Positions 26,736-37,387 of a stretch of DNA of 40,916 bases are shown one piece after another. This DNA comes from Candidatus Woesebacteria bacterium RIFCSPLOWO2_01_FULL_44_24b (GTDB lineage: Bacteria; Patescibacteriota; Microgenomatia; UBA8517): NCBI GenBank assembly GCA_001793235.1, contig MGHM01000002.1:1-40916 (forward strand), read 5' to 3'. The notes beneath the pieces are model-generated. The model did not search any database, was not told the DNA's origin, and was given only the letters and a program-made list of their open reading frames with translations. Within the stretch, counting starts at the first letter, position 1. The number at the start of each line of letters is the position of its first letter. A program made the translations under genes and the position numbers.

Positions 26736-26852
26736 ATGCTAACTTGGATGTTGTATGTTACGAACGATCCCTTTACAAATTTAGTTGCCTTTGCTGGGTT
26801 CATAATAATCATCTATTACTTAGTAAAGTTCTTTAGGAGAAACAAAAAGTAG
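26736..26852 (+). CDS. 38-aa single-TM small protein (not in the ORF track)
   Basis: MLTWMLYVTNDPFTNLVAFAGFIIIIYYLVKFFRRNKK*; TGtTAAAAT 6 nt upstream of the ATG. Confidence 0.55.
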   Translation: MLTWMLYVTNDPFTNLVAFAGFIIIIYYLVKFFRRNKK

Positions 26853-26874
26853 TGCCCGAGTTTGAGGATTTAGA

Positions 26875-27354
26875 TTACCAACGAAAATGACTAAATGCAC
26901 GATTGGCTTCTGCGACCCGCTCCATGTCAGTCTTTTTCTTGACTGCGCCGCCTTCTTCTTTTACTGCCTCCAAAATTTCTGCAGCAAGTTTGTCCGCAAA
27001 AGTATGAAACTCGCTGTTTGACCGCGTGCGTGCCGCTTCCACCATCCAGCGAATTGCCAAAGCATCCTGGCGAGCACCCCGTACCGGCATTGGTACTTGG
27101 TAAGCCGCGCCCCCGACACGTCTGGGCCGCACTTCCATCGAAGGCCTGATGTTGGCCAGTGCCTGATGAAACTGGGCCAGTGGATCACCACTGCTTTTTT
27201 CTTTTACAATATCGAACGCCCCATAAACCTGTTTTTGGGCCACTGACTTTTTGCCATCGCGCATTGCCCGGTTAATAAGCTTTGCCACCATTAAATCCCC
27301 ATATAATGGGTCTTTTTTTGTTTTTCTTATTCTGGCTTGTCCTCTTCTTGGCAT
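26875..27354 (-). CDS. rpsG: 30S ribosomal protein S7
   Basis: DGKKSVA, RRVGGAAYQVP, AEANRAFSHFRW. Confidence 0.98.
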   Translation of the reverse strand: MPRRGQARIRKTKKDPLYGDLMVAKLINRAMRDGKKSVAQKQVYGAFDIVKEKSSGDPLAQFHQALANIRPSMEVRPRRVGGAAYQVPMPVRGARQDALAIRWMVEAARTRSNSEFHTFADKLAAEILEAVKEEGGAVKKKTDMERVAEANRAFSHFRW

Positions 27355-27360
27355 ATTGCT

Positions 27361-27402
27361 AATTTTTAATTTTTATTTCTTAATTTTTAAAATTTCAAAT
27401 TC
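27361..27402. repeat. AT-rich heptamer tandem array in the rpsL-rpsG spacer
   Basis: AATTTTT-AATTTTT-ATTTCTT-AATTTTT-AAAATTT. Confidence 0.55.
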
Positions 27403-27403
27403 T

Positions 27404-27868
27404 TCATGCTGCTGCAGGCTCGGCTGCAGGTGCTCCCGCAGCGGTAACTGTTCTTACCATACCACCGCTCTTGGCTCCATAACGTGAGCGGGAAGTTTTC
27501 CTTCCGACAACTCCGCCTGTGTCAAGTTTGCCTCGAACTACTTGGTATCTTACTCCTGATAAATCCTTAACGCGGCCGGCACGCACCAAAACAACCGAGT
27601 GCTCGGCGAGCTCATGGCCCTCACCCGGTATATAAGCCGTTATTTCCTGTTTATTTGAAAGCCTGACCCTCGCGACTTTTCGAAGTGCTGAATTTGGTTT
27701 TCTTGGTGTCATGGTTCTAACTGCCAAAACCACCCCACGCTTAAATGGCGCGTGAAGTATCTTAAACCTTCTGTCTTTAGCGCTAAACCAGCGCTTCAAA
27801 GCCGTTGCCTTGGCTTTTTTGTGCGTTGACTTGCGCCCTTTTCGAACTAGTTGTGATGCTGTTGGCAT
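27404..27868 (-). CDS. rpsL: 30S ribosomal protein S12
   Basis: [30 protein letters not shown]. Confidence 0.98.
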   Translation of the reverse strand: MPTASQLVRKGRKSTHKKAKATALKRWFSAKDRRFKILHAPFKRGVVLAVRTMTPRKPNSALRKVARVRLSNKQEITAYIPGEGHELAEHSVVLVRAGRVKDLSGVRYQVVRGKLDTGGVVGRKTSRSRYGAKSGGMVRTVTAAGAPAAEPAAA

Positions 27869-27871
27869 ATT

Positions 27872-30800
27872 TCAGGTATGCAGTCGTGCTCGCTCCTCAT
27901 CAACAGGAATGAGCCTGCCGATTATAACATTTTCTTTGAGTCCAAGTAGCTTATCCTTCTTGCCTATCAAGGCCGAGTTGGCCAAAATGTCCGTTGTTTG
28001 CTCGAAACTGGCCGCAGACAGCCATGAATTTGTATAAAGTGCACGTCTTGTGATTCCCAAAATTACTTGTCTTGCGCTCGCAGGCTCGCCGCCGGCGGCC
28101 AAAACCGCCTCATTTTCCTCTTCAAAGACTGCTTTTTCAACCAAGTCCCCGGGCAAAATCGAAGAGTCTCCGGCCGTGACCACTCGAACCTCGTCGCTAA
28201 TCTTTCGGACCATAACCTCAAAGTGTCTGTCGTCGATGGCAATACCCTGAGACTCATAAACCGCCTGAAGCTCCTGGACCAAATACTCCTGCGCAGCTTT
28301 CAAGCCCTTAATCTGCAGGATCTCTTTAATATCCAAAAATCCGCTGGCCAGTTGAGTCCCGGGGCCCACCAAGGACTTGTCCTCAACCAGGATTTTGCTG
28401 GTCTTTGGTATCACATATTCGCGCTCCTCGACCGGTTTCGTGTCCGAGGTAACTTTGACATTCCAGCCTTCCTCAAGTTCCTCGACCGTCACTTTTCCGG
28501 CAATATCAACAATCGGGGAAAGGGACTTCGGGACGCGTGCCTCAAAAAGCTCTTCAACTCGGGGCAGCCCTTGGGTCACGTCCACACCAACCACTCCCCC
28601 TGTGTGCTTAGTACGCATAGTAAGCTGAGTGCCCGGCTCGCCGATAGACTGGGCTGCAACCACCCCAACCGGCACGCCGATGTCAATAAGCTTTCTGGTC
28701 GACAAATCCCAGCCATAGCATTTCTTGCAAACTCCGTAGCGGGTCTTGCAAGTAAGAGGTGAGCGCACTTTCACTTCTTTTACATCCTCATTTTGAGTAA
28801 TCTCAAGAGCAATCAGATCACTCATCAACTCATTTTTCTTAACCAGAACTTTTTTCCCGGCTACCACGTCTTCCGCGGCAAAGCGGCCGTGAATTCGAGC
28901 AGGGAAGGCTTTGGTGCGCTCGTCCTTGGACATAACCAAGAACTCCTCAGTTCCACAGTCATCTTCCCGAACTAAGACATCATGGGCCACATCCACCAGT
29001 CTTCGAGTCAAATACCCAGCGTCAGCGGTTTTGAGAGCCGTATCGGTCAAGCCTTTCCTGGAACCGCGACCTGAGGCCACATATTCAAACACTGAAAGGC
29101 CTTCTCTAAAGTTACTCTTAACCGGCAACTCTACAACGTTACCCAAGGGGTCAATAACCAGTCCTCGCATACCGGCAAGCTGCTTAATCTGATCCCTCGA
29201 AGTGCGGCCCACCTTGGCATCTATGACAATTCTTACCGGACCATTGGGGTCGACCATTTCCCAGGTTCTGTCCGCAATAAGCTCGGTAGTTTCTATCCAA
29301 ATATCTTTGATGAGGCGTTTCTTTTCGTCGTTGGTTATAAGCCCCTGCGCAAAGTTTTGCTCAATCACGGCCGCGCGGGCATTGGCCGCCTCAATCATTT
29401 GCGGCTTCTCCGGGTGAACCTGAGCATCTGAAATCCCGAATGACAGACCCGACAGGGTGCCTCCCACAAAACCAATGTCTTTAATATCGTCTATCAGCTT
29501 AATCAGCTTCTCATGCTCCACTTCCATAAATGCCTTGTCTATGAGATCTTTAATTATTCCGGAGTGCACGTTTTCGTTGATAAAATTAAACTCCGGCGGT
29601 AAAATCTCATTAAAGAGAATGCGGCCAACTGTGGTGTCGACTATCTTTGAGCCAATGCGCACACTAATCTTTTGTCTTACCTTTATCTTGCCCTGTTGGT
29701 AAGCATGAATTGACTCCTGGGCACCTGCAAAAACCGTCTCGGATGCAGGAAGCGACTCATCGAGAGTGGTAAAGTAATAAACTCCCAAGGCAATTTCTTT
29801 AGATGCAGGAGCCGCCATTGGCGAGCCGTCGGCGGGCCTGAGCAAATTTTTGTCCGAAAGCATGAGCTCCCGTGCTTCCTGCTGAGCCATCTGGGAAAGC
29901 GGTAAATGAACCGCCATCTGGTCCCCGTCAAAGTCAGCGTTGAAACCTTTACACACTGCCGGATGAACACGAATGGCACTTCCTTCAATTAAAACAGGAT
30001 AGAAGGCCTGAATGCCAAGTTTGTGCAACGTCGGCGCACGGTTGAGAAGTATCGGATGATTCCTGGTAATTTCCTCCAAAATATCAAACACTTCCGGTGG
30101 TCGCCTCTCAAGCATGTTTTTGGCGGACTTCACGTTCGGGGCAATGCCGCGCTCAATCATTTCGCGAAGCACAAATGGCTTTGCCATTTCAAGCGCCATG
30201 TCTTTGGGCAAACCACACTGGGTGAGCTTAAGCTCGGGCCCGACAACTATTACAGAGCGCCCGGAATAGTCAACACGCTTACCCAAAAGGTTCTGGCGGA
30301 AGCGGCCCTGTTTGCCTTTAAGCATATCTGAGAGTGACCTCAAAGGCTGCCTGCCGCGGCCGCGCCTTGTAGCTTTTCTCTGCGAGGCGTCGATCAAGGA
30401 ATCGACCGACTCCTGGAGCATCCTCTTTTCGTTTCGTAGGATTATCTCCGGTGCTCCAAGCCCGATTAAGTGCTTCAAGCGGTTATTGCGGTTTATCACC
30501 CTCCTATATAAATCATTCAAATCACTTGTGGCAAAACGCCCGCCTGAAAGCTGAACCATTGGCCGCAAATCAGGAGGAAGCACGGGAAGCACTCTTAAGA
30601 CCATCCAAGAAGGAGAAGTTTTGGCGCCCCTCATTCCGTCAATAATCTTAAGCCTCTTGGTAAGCTTCAAATATCTTGCACCCTTGCCCTTAACTTCATC
30701 TATGTCTGTTCTGATTTCTTTTGCCGCCTTGTCCAAATCGAGCTTATCCAAGGCCTCGAGTAAGGCTTCCGCTCCCATCTTAACCTCAGCAAAGTCATTA

Positions 30801-33800
30801 ACGCCGTAGTTTGCAAGCTGGTCATACTCATCTTCAGTGAGAAAACCAAATTGCCGGACATCCTTAACTATAGAAACAAGTTTTCCAAAAAGCTCTTCGG
30901 TTCGCTCAACGGTTGTCCGCTCTTCCTCAGTTAAAGCGGTTATGTTTTTACGGGTTGTAAGCTCAACTTCCGAAAGGGCTAAGGCCAATTGATCCTTGTC
31001 TTTAATTCTTTTCTTAACTTTGGCCTCGCGTTCTTTTGAATCAGCCTCGGTAAGAACTCTTTTTTCTTTATAAATCTGTCTAGTCTCAGCAAGCTTCTCG
31101 CTACGAACCTGCTCCAGTGTCTTTATCGCCTGCGTTCTACCCTCTTTGTCCACTGACATAACCAGATATCTGGCAAAATAGATAACCTGCTCGACCGCTC
31201 TGGGAGGAAGATCAAGTAGCAAGGAAATCTTACTTGGAGCACCCTTGAAATACCAGACATGCGCGACTGCAGCGGCAAGGGCAATGTGACCCATGCGCTC
31301 GCGCCGGACGCGGGCTTCAGTTACCTCAACTCCACATTTATCGCAAATAACACCCTTATAGCGGATGCGCTTATACTTACCACAGTAGCATTCCCAGTCT
31401 TTGGTTGGACCGAATATCCGCTCGTCAAAAAGTCCGTCTTTCTCGGGTTTCAAGGTTCTGTAATTAATGGTTTCAGGCTTGGTAATCTCGCCCTGAGACC
31501 AGGCTCTTATGTCCTCGGGTGAGGCCAGGCGGATTTGAAGAGAAGTCACGTCCTCAAGATTTCTAAGCTGCATCAATGGGTCCGGGTGTTTCCTGCCTTC
31601 AGCCTCTTTAACTTCTTTAATCTCCTCCTGCGCCAGTTCTTCACTGGGCAACTCGGTTTCTTTGATTGCAACACCCTCCACATTTACTGCCAGTCCCAGA
31701 GAGTTAAGCTCGCGAATAAGCACTTTAAAGCTCTCGGGGACTTTTGCTTCAGGGATTGGCTCGCCTTTGACAATTGCGCCAAAGGCCTGAGCGCGGCCGA
31801 CAATATCGTCGGACTTAATGGTGAGCATTTCCTGAAGCGTATGGGATGCACGATGTGCCTCCAGTGCCCAAACTTCCATTTCGCCAAGTCTCTGGCCTCC
31901 CATTTGAGCTTTACCACCCAAAGGCTGTTGAGTAACAAGCGAGTACGGGCCAGTTGAGCGGGCATGAGTTTTATCCTCAATCATGTGCTTAAGCTTTAGA
32001 ATGTAACCAATACCCACAACCGTTTTCTCACTGAACGGCTCGCTTGTGCGGCCGTCATAAAGCTGAGCTTTACCGTCCCCGGGAAGCCCCACGCTCTCAA
32101 GTTCTTTTGAGATAACACCCTCTTCAACTTTGTCAAAGACGGGGAGGGCGCCTTTCTGGCCTTTTTTGGCAAGTGCCCAGCCAAGATGGGTTTCGAGTAG
32201 TTGCCCCAAGTTCATACGGGCAAGCACCGAAAGTGGCGAAATTATAAGGTCCACCGGAGTGCCATCCGCAAGGTACGGCATGTCTTCCACAGGCATTATC
32301 TTGGCGATAACTCCTTTGTTGCCGTGGCGCCCCGCAAGCTTGTCCCCGACACTTACTTTTCGAAGCTGCGCAACTTTAACTACCACGCTCATCATTACTC
32401 CCGGCCCAAGCTCGTCGCCTTTGTCTTTGTCGAGCACACTCACGTCCACCACTATGCCGCCTTCGCCGTGGGGAACCCGAAGCGAGGTGTCACGAACTTC
32501 ACGGGCTTTCTCGCCGAAAATGGCTCGAAGAAGGCGCTCCTCACTGTTAAGCTCGGTCTCGCCCTTCGGAGCAATTTTTCCAACCAGAATATCGTTCGGG
32601 CCAACTTCCGAGCCAACCACAACTATGCCGTCCTCGGCAAGATTTGCCAGCTCCATTTCGGCAACATTCGGAATGTCCCGGGTAAGCTCTTCCGGCCCAA
32701 GCTTGGTTTCCACCACATCTGCTTGGTATTCTTTTATATGCACAGAGGTCAAAAGATCGTCTTTTACGAGCCTATCGGAGACCAAAATCGCGTCCTCAAA
32801 ACCATAACCACCGTAATTCATATATGCCACCATCAAGTTTTGGCCCAACGCCAGTTCGCCACCCTCACTTGCGGGGCCGTCCGCCAGTAAATCTCCCTTT
32901 TTAATTTTCTGGCCTGTCACTACAGCGGTTTTTTGATTATATGAGGTGGACTGCGCAGTTCGCTTAAATTTATTCAGGTGATATGTAACCTTTTTGCCAC
33001 CGTTTTGTATTTCCATCTGGTCTGAACTAACCTTGTCGGTGAGCTTACTAAGAGTTAATTCAATTCTGTCCGCATCGGCATAGCTTATAACGCCTTCGAA
33101 ATCACTTTTAATAACACGGCCCATTGCACTCGCCACAACTTCCTCCATTCCGGTTCCCACAACCGGGGACTCGGGAGACACTAAAGGCACAGCCTGGCAT
33201 TGCATGTTGCTGCCCATAAGCGCGCGGTTTCCTTCATCGTGTGCAAGGAAAGGAATAAGCGCGGCGGAGGCCCCAAACACCTGCCTCGGAGTTACGTCAA
33301 CATAGTCAACTAGCTCTATTGGCCCTTCCAAAAACTCGCCCCTGAACCTGAAAGGTACGCGTTCAGCGGTGATTACCCCATTTTCATCCATGGGGATACT
33401 GCTATGGCTTATGTGGCACTCCTGATCATCGTCAGCAGTCATGTAAACTATCTCGCCAGTAAGCCTCACTTTAGTCTTCCCACGGGCTTCGGTCTTTTCC
33501 ACTTTTCTGTATGGCGTTTCAATGAATCCATACTCGTTAACCCGCGCATAAAGGGCCAAATAAGTAACAAGACCGATATTCGGTCCCTCGGGTGAGCGAA
33601 TAGGATCAATTCTTCCGTACTGCGAAGAATTAATATCTCGGATTGAAAAGCTCGCCCTCTCGCGATTTATGCCCCCCGGTCCAAGAACCGAGACCCTTCG
33701 CAAGTTATCAATCTCGCTTAAAGGATTTGTGTCATCCAAAATGGTTGACAACTGATTTGATCGGAAAAACTCGTTAATCGCCGCAACCAACGGGCGGGCA

Positions 33801-34903
33801 TTAATCAGGCTCTGCGGCATGGGTTTATCATCGGGCGAGATAAGGCTCATTTTTTCTTTAACTGAGCGCTCGAGGCGCAAGAGTCCCACTCGAAAAGCAT
33901 GAGTAGCCACAAGCTCACCTACACGCCTCAGCCTTCGGTTCGATAAGTGATCAATATCGTCCACATGCCCTTGGCCGTTCTGAAGGCCGATGAGGTATTG
34001 AAGAGTGGCAACCACGTCTTCTCTGGTCAAAATCCAGTTTTCCCGGGTGTTAGGGACATCAAGCTTAAGTCTTTTGTTAATCTTATAGCGGCCCACTCGG
34101 CCAAGGTCATACCGTCTGGGCTCAAAAAAGAGACTCACAAAAAGGCTCTCAGCGTTGTCAATCACTGCTGGCTCACCGGGTCTTAGCTTCCTGTAAATTT
34201 CAATCAAGGCCTCCTCGCGGGTCGCGGTAGTATCTTTCTCAAGCGTTCGCTCGATATAGTGATGGGTGCCGTCTGTGTCAACACCAACAAAAGCATCCTG
34301 TATTTGTTTGTCTGTGGCCACCCCCATCGCACGCAACAAAGTTACCGCGTTTACCTTTCTCCTTTTATCAATACGGGCTGAAATCACGTCGTTTCTGGCG
34401 ATTTCAAATTCAAGCCATGAGCCGTGAAGCGGGCGAACTTCAGCGCGGCCCAAAAGCCTTCCGGTCGTGCGGTCCCGCTCAGAAGAAAAATAAATTCCCG
34501 GAGAGCGAACTACTTGGTTGATAACCGCGCGTTCAATTCCGTTTATTACAAAAGTCCCGCTTGTCGTCATTTGCGGGATATTGCCAAAAAATACCTCCTG
34601 CTCAACGGCTTCGCCGGTGCGCTTGTTTATTAGTGTGGTGTTAATTTTAAATGGAGCTGAAAACGTCAGACCTTTTTCAAGGGCATATTTAGGAGTATTT
34701 TTGGGCTCTTCCAAGGTATGCTGTCCCAAAGTAAGTTGCCAGTTTTTGCCTGTAAAATCATCAATTGGAGTAATTTGCGAAATTTCCTGGGCTATTCCTT
34801 CAGTCAAAAACCACTCCCAGCTTTCTCTCTGAACAAGAGATAAGTCAAGCTTTGGCAGATCTTTCTCAATTTTTCCGAAATTTCGTCTTTTTGTTTGAGC
34901 CAT
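27872..34903 (-). CDS. rpoBC: Fused RNA polymerase beta-beta' subunit
   Basis: One 2343-aa ORF with beta motifs ([27 protein letters not shown]) followed by beta' motifs (Zn finger [22 protein letters not shown]). Confidence 0.97.
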   Translation of the reverse strand: MAQTKRRNFGKIEKDLPKLDLSLVQRESWEWFLTEGIAQEISQITPIDDFTGKNWQLTLGQHTLEEPKNTPKYALEKGLTFSAPFKINTTLINKRTGEAVEQEVFFGNIPQMTTSGTFVINGIERAVINQVVRSPGIYFSSERDRTTGRLLGRAEVRPLHGSWLEFEIARNDVISARIDKRRKVNAVTLLRAMGVATDKQIQDAFVGVDTDGTHHYIERTLEKDTTATREEALIEIYRKLRPGEPAVIDNAESLFVSLFFEPRRYDLGRVGRYKINKRLKLDVPNTRENWILTREDVVATLQYLIGLQNGQGHVDDIDHLSNRRLRRVGELVATHAFRVGLLRLERSVKEKMSLISPDDKPMPQSLINARPLVAAINEFFRSNQLSTILDDTNPLSEIDNLRRVSVLGPGGINRERASFSIRDINSSQYGRIDPIRSPEGPNIGLVTYLALYARVNEYGFIETPYRKVEKTEARGKTKVRLTGEIVYMTADDDQECHISHSSIPMDENGVITAERVPFRFRGEFLEGPIELVDYVDVTPRQVFGASAALIPFLAHDEGNRALMGSNMQCQAVPLVSPESPVVGTGMEEVVASAMGRVIKSDFEGVISYADADRIELTLSKLTDKVSSDQMEIQNGGKKVTYHLNKFKRTAQSTSYNQKTAVVTGQKIKKGDLLADGPASEGGELALGQNLMVAYMNYGGYGFEDAILVSDRLVKDDLLTSVHIKEYQADVVETKLGPEELTRDIPNVAEMELANLAEDGIVVVGSEVGPNDILVGKIAPKGETELNSEERLLRAIFGEKAREVRDTSLRVPHGEGGIVVDVSVLDKDKGDELGPGVMMSVVVKVAQLRKVSVGDKLAGRHGNKGVIAKIMPVEDMPYLADGTPVDLIISPLSVLARMNLGQLLETHLGWALAKKGQKGALPVFDKVEEGVISKELESVGLPGDGKAQLYDGRTSEPFSEKTVVGIGYILKLKHMIEDKTHARSTGPYSLVTQQPLGGKAQMGGQRLGEMEVWALEAHRASHTLQEMLTIKSDDIVGRAQAFGAIVKGEPIPEAKVPESFKVLIRELNSLGLAVNVEGVAIKETELPSEELAQEEIKEVKEAEGRKHPDPLMQLRNLEDVTSLQIRLASPEDIRAWSQGEITKPETINYRTLKPEKDGLFDERIFGPTKDWECYCGKYKRIRYKGVICDKCGVEVTEARVRRERMGHIALAAAVAHVWYFKGAPSKISLLLDLPPRAVEQVIYFARYLVMSVDKEGRTQAIKTLEQVRSEKLAETRQIYKEKRVLTEADSKEREAKVKKRIKDKDQLALALSEVELTTRKNITALTEEERTTVERTEELFGKLVSIVKDVRQFGFLTEDEYDQLANYGVNDFAEVKMGAEALLEALDKLDLDKAAKEIRTDIDEVKGKGARYLKLTKRLKIIDGMRGAKTSPSWMVLRVLPVLPPDLRPMVQLSGGRFATSDLNDLYRRVINRNNRLKHLIGLGAPEIILRNEKRMLQESVDSLIDASQRKATRRGRGRQPLRSLSDMLKGKQGRFRQNLLGKRVDYSGRSVIVVGPELKLTQCGLPKDMALEMAKPFVLREMIERGIAPNVKSAKNMLERRPPEVFDILEEITRNHPILLNRAPTLHKLGIQAFYPVLIEGSAIRVHPAVCKGFNADFDGDQMAVHLPLSQMAQQEARELMLSDKNLLRPADGSPMAAPASKEIALGVYYFTTLDESLPASETVFAGAQESIHAYQQGKIKVRQKISVRIGSKIVDTTVGRILFNEILPPEFNFINENVHSGIIKDLIDKAFMEVEHEKLIKLIDDIKDIGFVGGTLSGLSFGISDAQVHPEKPQMIEAANARAAVIEQNFAQGLITNDEKKRLIKDIWIETTELIADRTWEMVDPNGPVRIVIDAKVGRTSRDQIKQLAGMRGLVIDPLGNVVELPVKSNFREGLSVFEYVASGRGSRKGLTDTALKTADAGYLTRRLVDVAHDVLVREDDCGTEEFLVMSKDERTKAFPARIHGRFAAEDVVAGKKVLVKKNELMSDLIALEITQNEDVKEVKVRSPLTCKTRYGVCKKCYGWDLSTRKLIDIGVPVGVVAAQSIGEPGTQLTMRTKHTGGVVGVDVTQGLPRVEELFEARVPKSLSPIVDIAGKVTVEELEEGWNVKVTSDTKPVEEREYVIPKTSKILVEDKSLVGPGTQLASGFLDIKEILQIKGLKAAQEYLVQELQAVYESQGIAIDDRHFEVMVRKISDEVRVVTAGDSSILPGDLVEKAVFEEENEAVLAAGGEPASARQVILGITRRALYTNSWLSAASFEQTTDILANSALIGKKDKLLGLKENVIIGRLIPVDEERARLHT

Positions 34904-34981
34904 GAGGTGGGTGCCTCGTACGCAAAAAGTCCCGCCCGAAAAGTAGCGAGATCAGCCTACATTTGAGTACGCCTGTAGGCA

Positions 34982-35009
34982 ATTATACCGATTTTATCAC
35001 GCTTGTCAA
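34982..35009 (-). promoter_or_regulatory. sigma70 promoter for rpoBC
   Basis: TTGACA, 16-nt spacer, TATAAT; an alternative TGaTAAAAT lies at 34999-34991. Confidence 0.8.
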
Positions 35010-35045
35010 CAAGGAGTTAAAAACATAGTAAAATAGAAATTAAAG

Positions 35046-35807
35046 ATGTATAAACAATTTTTCATCGCGACAATTGGAGCCTTTTTAGCCATTTTTATAT
35101 TTCTATTTATTTTTCAGCGTAAGTTAATCTATTTTCCTGATAATCAGGACTTTGATAGGTGCTCAGCATTTGAAGATGTAGAGAAGATAAATTGGCAAGG
35201 CACAAGAATGTATGTAAATAAAATTTCGGATAAATGGTTAGTGTTCTATCATGGAAATGCGGGATCCGCTTGCGACAGAAGTTTCTTTATTGAACTTCTC
35301 CAAGATACAAATTATTCATATCTTTTTGTTGAATATACAGGCTACTCAGGCGACCCTGGTACCCCTTCTCAGATAGCCTTAATGAAAAATGTAGAGGGCG
35401 TAGTTGGTTATTTGAATTCTAGAAATGCCAAGAGAGTGATAGTATTGGGCGAAAGTCTGGGGACATCACTGGCAGCATATCATAATTTCTTAGAAACTCC
35501 AGACAAAACACTATTAATTTCTTCATTCTCAAGTTTGGAGAATGTCGTCCAAGCTAAGTTTCAATTTTTTCCCGTAGGTCTATTTTTGTTCGATAAATAT
35601 CCTACCGAGAAATGGATTAGGAATTCCAATAATCTTCTGTTCATTCATGGTGCCAAAGATGAGGTAGTCCCGATAGAGTTCGGCCAAAGGCTATTTGAGA
35701 GTGTTCAAGGTAAAAATAAAACATTCATAATAATTAAAGACGCTGGCCACAACGATATCTATAATCATTCATTAACCAAAGATTCTATTAAAAATTTTCT
35801 AAGATAA
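35046..35807 (+). CDS. Alpha/beta hydrolase (Bem46/ABHD17-like), membrane anchored
   Basis: HGNAG oxyanion motif, GESLG nucleophile, HGAKDEVV, AGHND; N-terminal TM helix. Confidence 0.92.
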   Translation: MYKQFFIATIGAFLAIFIFLFIFQRKLIYFPDNQDFDRCSAFEDVEKINWQGTRMYVNKISDKWLVFYHGNAGSACDRSFFIELLQDTNYSYLFVEYTGYSGDPGTPSQIALMKNVEGVVGYLNSRNAKRVIVLGESLGTSLAAYHNFLETPDKTLLISSFSSLENVVQAKFQFFPVGLFLFDKYPTEKWIRNSNNLLFIHGAKDEVVPIEFGQRLFESVQGKNKTFIIIKDAGHNDIYNHSLTKDSIKNFLR

Positions 35808-35810
35808 TAT

Positions 35811-36785
35811 TTATCTTAAATATCTCTGCACATTCAGGTTGTGCTCCTCGAGGGTTTGGGCAAAGTGAATAACTCCATCCGGGTCATGAAGATAAAACCA
35901 GAAATCCGTATCCTCGGGATTAATTACTGCCTCCAGTGAAGTGAGGCTTGGGTTGGCAATAGGGGCTGGGGGCAACCCCGGGTATTTATAGGTGTTGTAA
36001 AAAGAATTAACTTCTTTTTGGGCTGTAGTTGGAGTCTTCCACCAGTCCTCCGAATCCCCCGTCACATATTGAATGGTAGCGTCGGCCTGCAAGGGCCAGT
36101 CGGCACCGAGTCTATTCAAATAAACCCCGACAACAGTTGGGCGCTCACTGGCGTTTCTGGTTTCGCGCTCAATAATTGAGGCCAGAGTGACCGCTTCATC
36201 TAGAGTTAGCCCAACGGCATCAAGCTCTTCTTGAGTTGGTGTAAACTTTTTGTCAAAAGTATTTCTAAGAACAGAAATAACCTGCTCGGCCGTCACGTTC
36301 GGTGGAAACAAATAGGTATCAGGATACAAAAAACCTTCCAGGTTTTCGGTTGCCAGTAAAAATTCCTCCTCAAAACTTGTTGCGTCAGCCGGCGAAAGCT
36401 CTAATCCTGCAGCAAAAATTTCAGGGTACTGCTCACGGCGCAAACCCTCGGGAATAGTCACCCAGAGCTCAACCGGACCTTTCAATAAAACACTGACAAG
36501 CTCAGGCAGCTTAAGATTTTTTGCAATCTTGAATTGCCCCGGCGGAAGCTTGGCAACAAGTCCTTTACTTTGTAGATAAATCTTGAGCGCAAATGTGTCG
36601 CGAATTAGCCCCGCTTCTTTCAAGTTTTTTCCAATAGTTTCCGCCGATGAGCCACGGGTAATAGTAAAGCGCACTTCCTCTGAACTTGTGCCGGGTGCCG
36701 CTGTCGCACTGTTCCACCATAAAAATCCTAAAAGTCCGGCAACTAGAAGAGTAAGCAGAAATACAATTGGAGCAATAAGCTTCAT
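35811..36785 (-). CDS. mltG: Endolytic transglycosylase MltG
   Basis: TIPEG, LEGFLYPDTY, LASIIERE, LQADAT, YNTY..GLPP.PIANP. Confidence 0.96.
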   Translation of the reverse strand: MKLIAPIVFLLTLLVAGLLGFLWWNSATAAPGTSSEEVRFTITRGSSAETIGKNLKEAGLIRDTFALKIYLQSKGLVAKLPPGQFKIAKNLKLPELVSVLLKGPVELWVTIPEGLRREQYPEIFAAGLELSPADATSFEEEFLLATENLEGFLYPDTYLFPPNVTAEQVISVLRNTFDKKFTPTQEELDAVGLTLDEAVTLASIIERETRNASERPTVVGVYLNRLGADWPLQADATIQYVTGDSEDWWKTPTTAQKEVNSFYNTYKYPGLPPAPIANPSLTSLEAVINPEDTDFWFYLHDPDGVIHFAQTLEEHNLNVQRYLR

Positions 36786-36979
36786 TAGACCTCACTGACC
36801 AAGGCGCGACGGAAGCGCCCTGCTTTATCTTTAATATAAATTCTGCCGCACTTGCAAGTTACTTTCGTTCCCAATTTATGTTTCTCCACGCGGCCTTTTA
36901 AAAGCGGCGTGCTGCAGCCAACACACCTGCCCTGGGACAAAAGCCACGCCTGAATAGGAGCTATGACATCCTTGATCAT
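36785..36979 (-). CDS. Small Zn-ribbon protein
   Basis: CVGC...CKCGR; own -10 (TGtTATACT) 8 nt upstream; stop overlaps the mltG start. Confidence 0.75.
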   Translation of the reverse strand: MIKDVIAPIQAWLLSQGRCVGCSTPLLKGRVEKHKLGTKVTCKCGRIYIKDKAGRFRRALVSEV

Positions 36980-37000
36980 GTGAGTCTAGTATAACATCAT

Positions 37001-37387
37001 CTACTGGGAATCCAAATAGCTCTGAAGTATCAGTGTCGCGGCAAAGGCGTCTTCCATACTTTTTCTTTTTTTGCGCTTCATACCCGCTTCAATTACAAGC
37101 CTTTGTACGTCTTTTGTGGTCAAAGTCTCGTCAACAAAGTAAACCGGTAAATTTAATTCCTTCGCGAGTTTGTCGCCAAAATCTCGAGCACTTTGGCCGG
37201 ACTTATTTTCAGACACTCCAACCACCAAAGCCTCTATGCCCTCTTCCTCTACAATATTCTTAATATCAAATATTAATTTTTTGAGGCCAGAATTTTTAAT
37301 AATTTTTAATGGCGCGGCCAAAACACCTGAAGAGACGGCGATACCGACTTTTGACTCGCCAAAATCAATTCCAAGTGCTTTTGCCAT
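37001..37387 (-). CDS. ruvX: RuvX/YqgF pre-16S rRNA nuclease (start reassigned to MAKALGID)
   Basis: LGIDFG..KVGIA, VDETLTT, DAFAATLILQSYLD. Confidence 0.93.
   Translation of the reverse strand: MAKALGIDFGESKVGIAVSSGVLAAPLKIIKNSGLKKLIFDIKNIVEEEGIEALVVGVSENKSGQSARDFGDKLAKELNLPVYFVDETLTTKDVQRLVIEAGMKRKKRKSMEDAFAATLILQSYLDSQ

Noticed and set aside
1506-34832. Numerous plus-strand ORFs of 60-230 aa antisense to the ABC transporter, r-protein, fusA and rpoBC genes
   Set aside because: Shadow ORFs of well-conserved minus-strand genes, with no motifs or initiation signals
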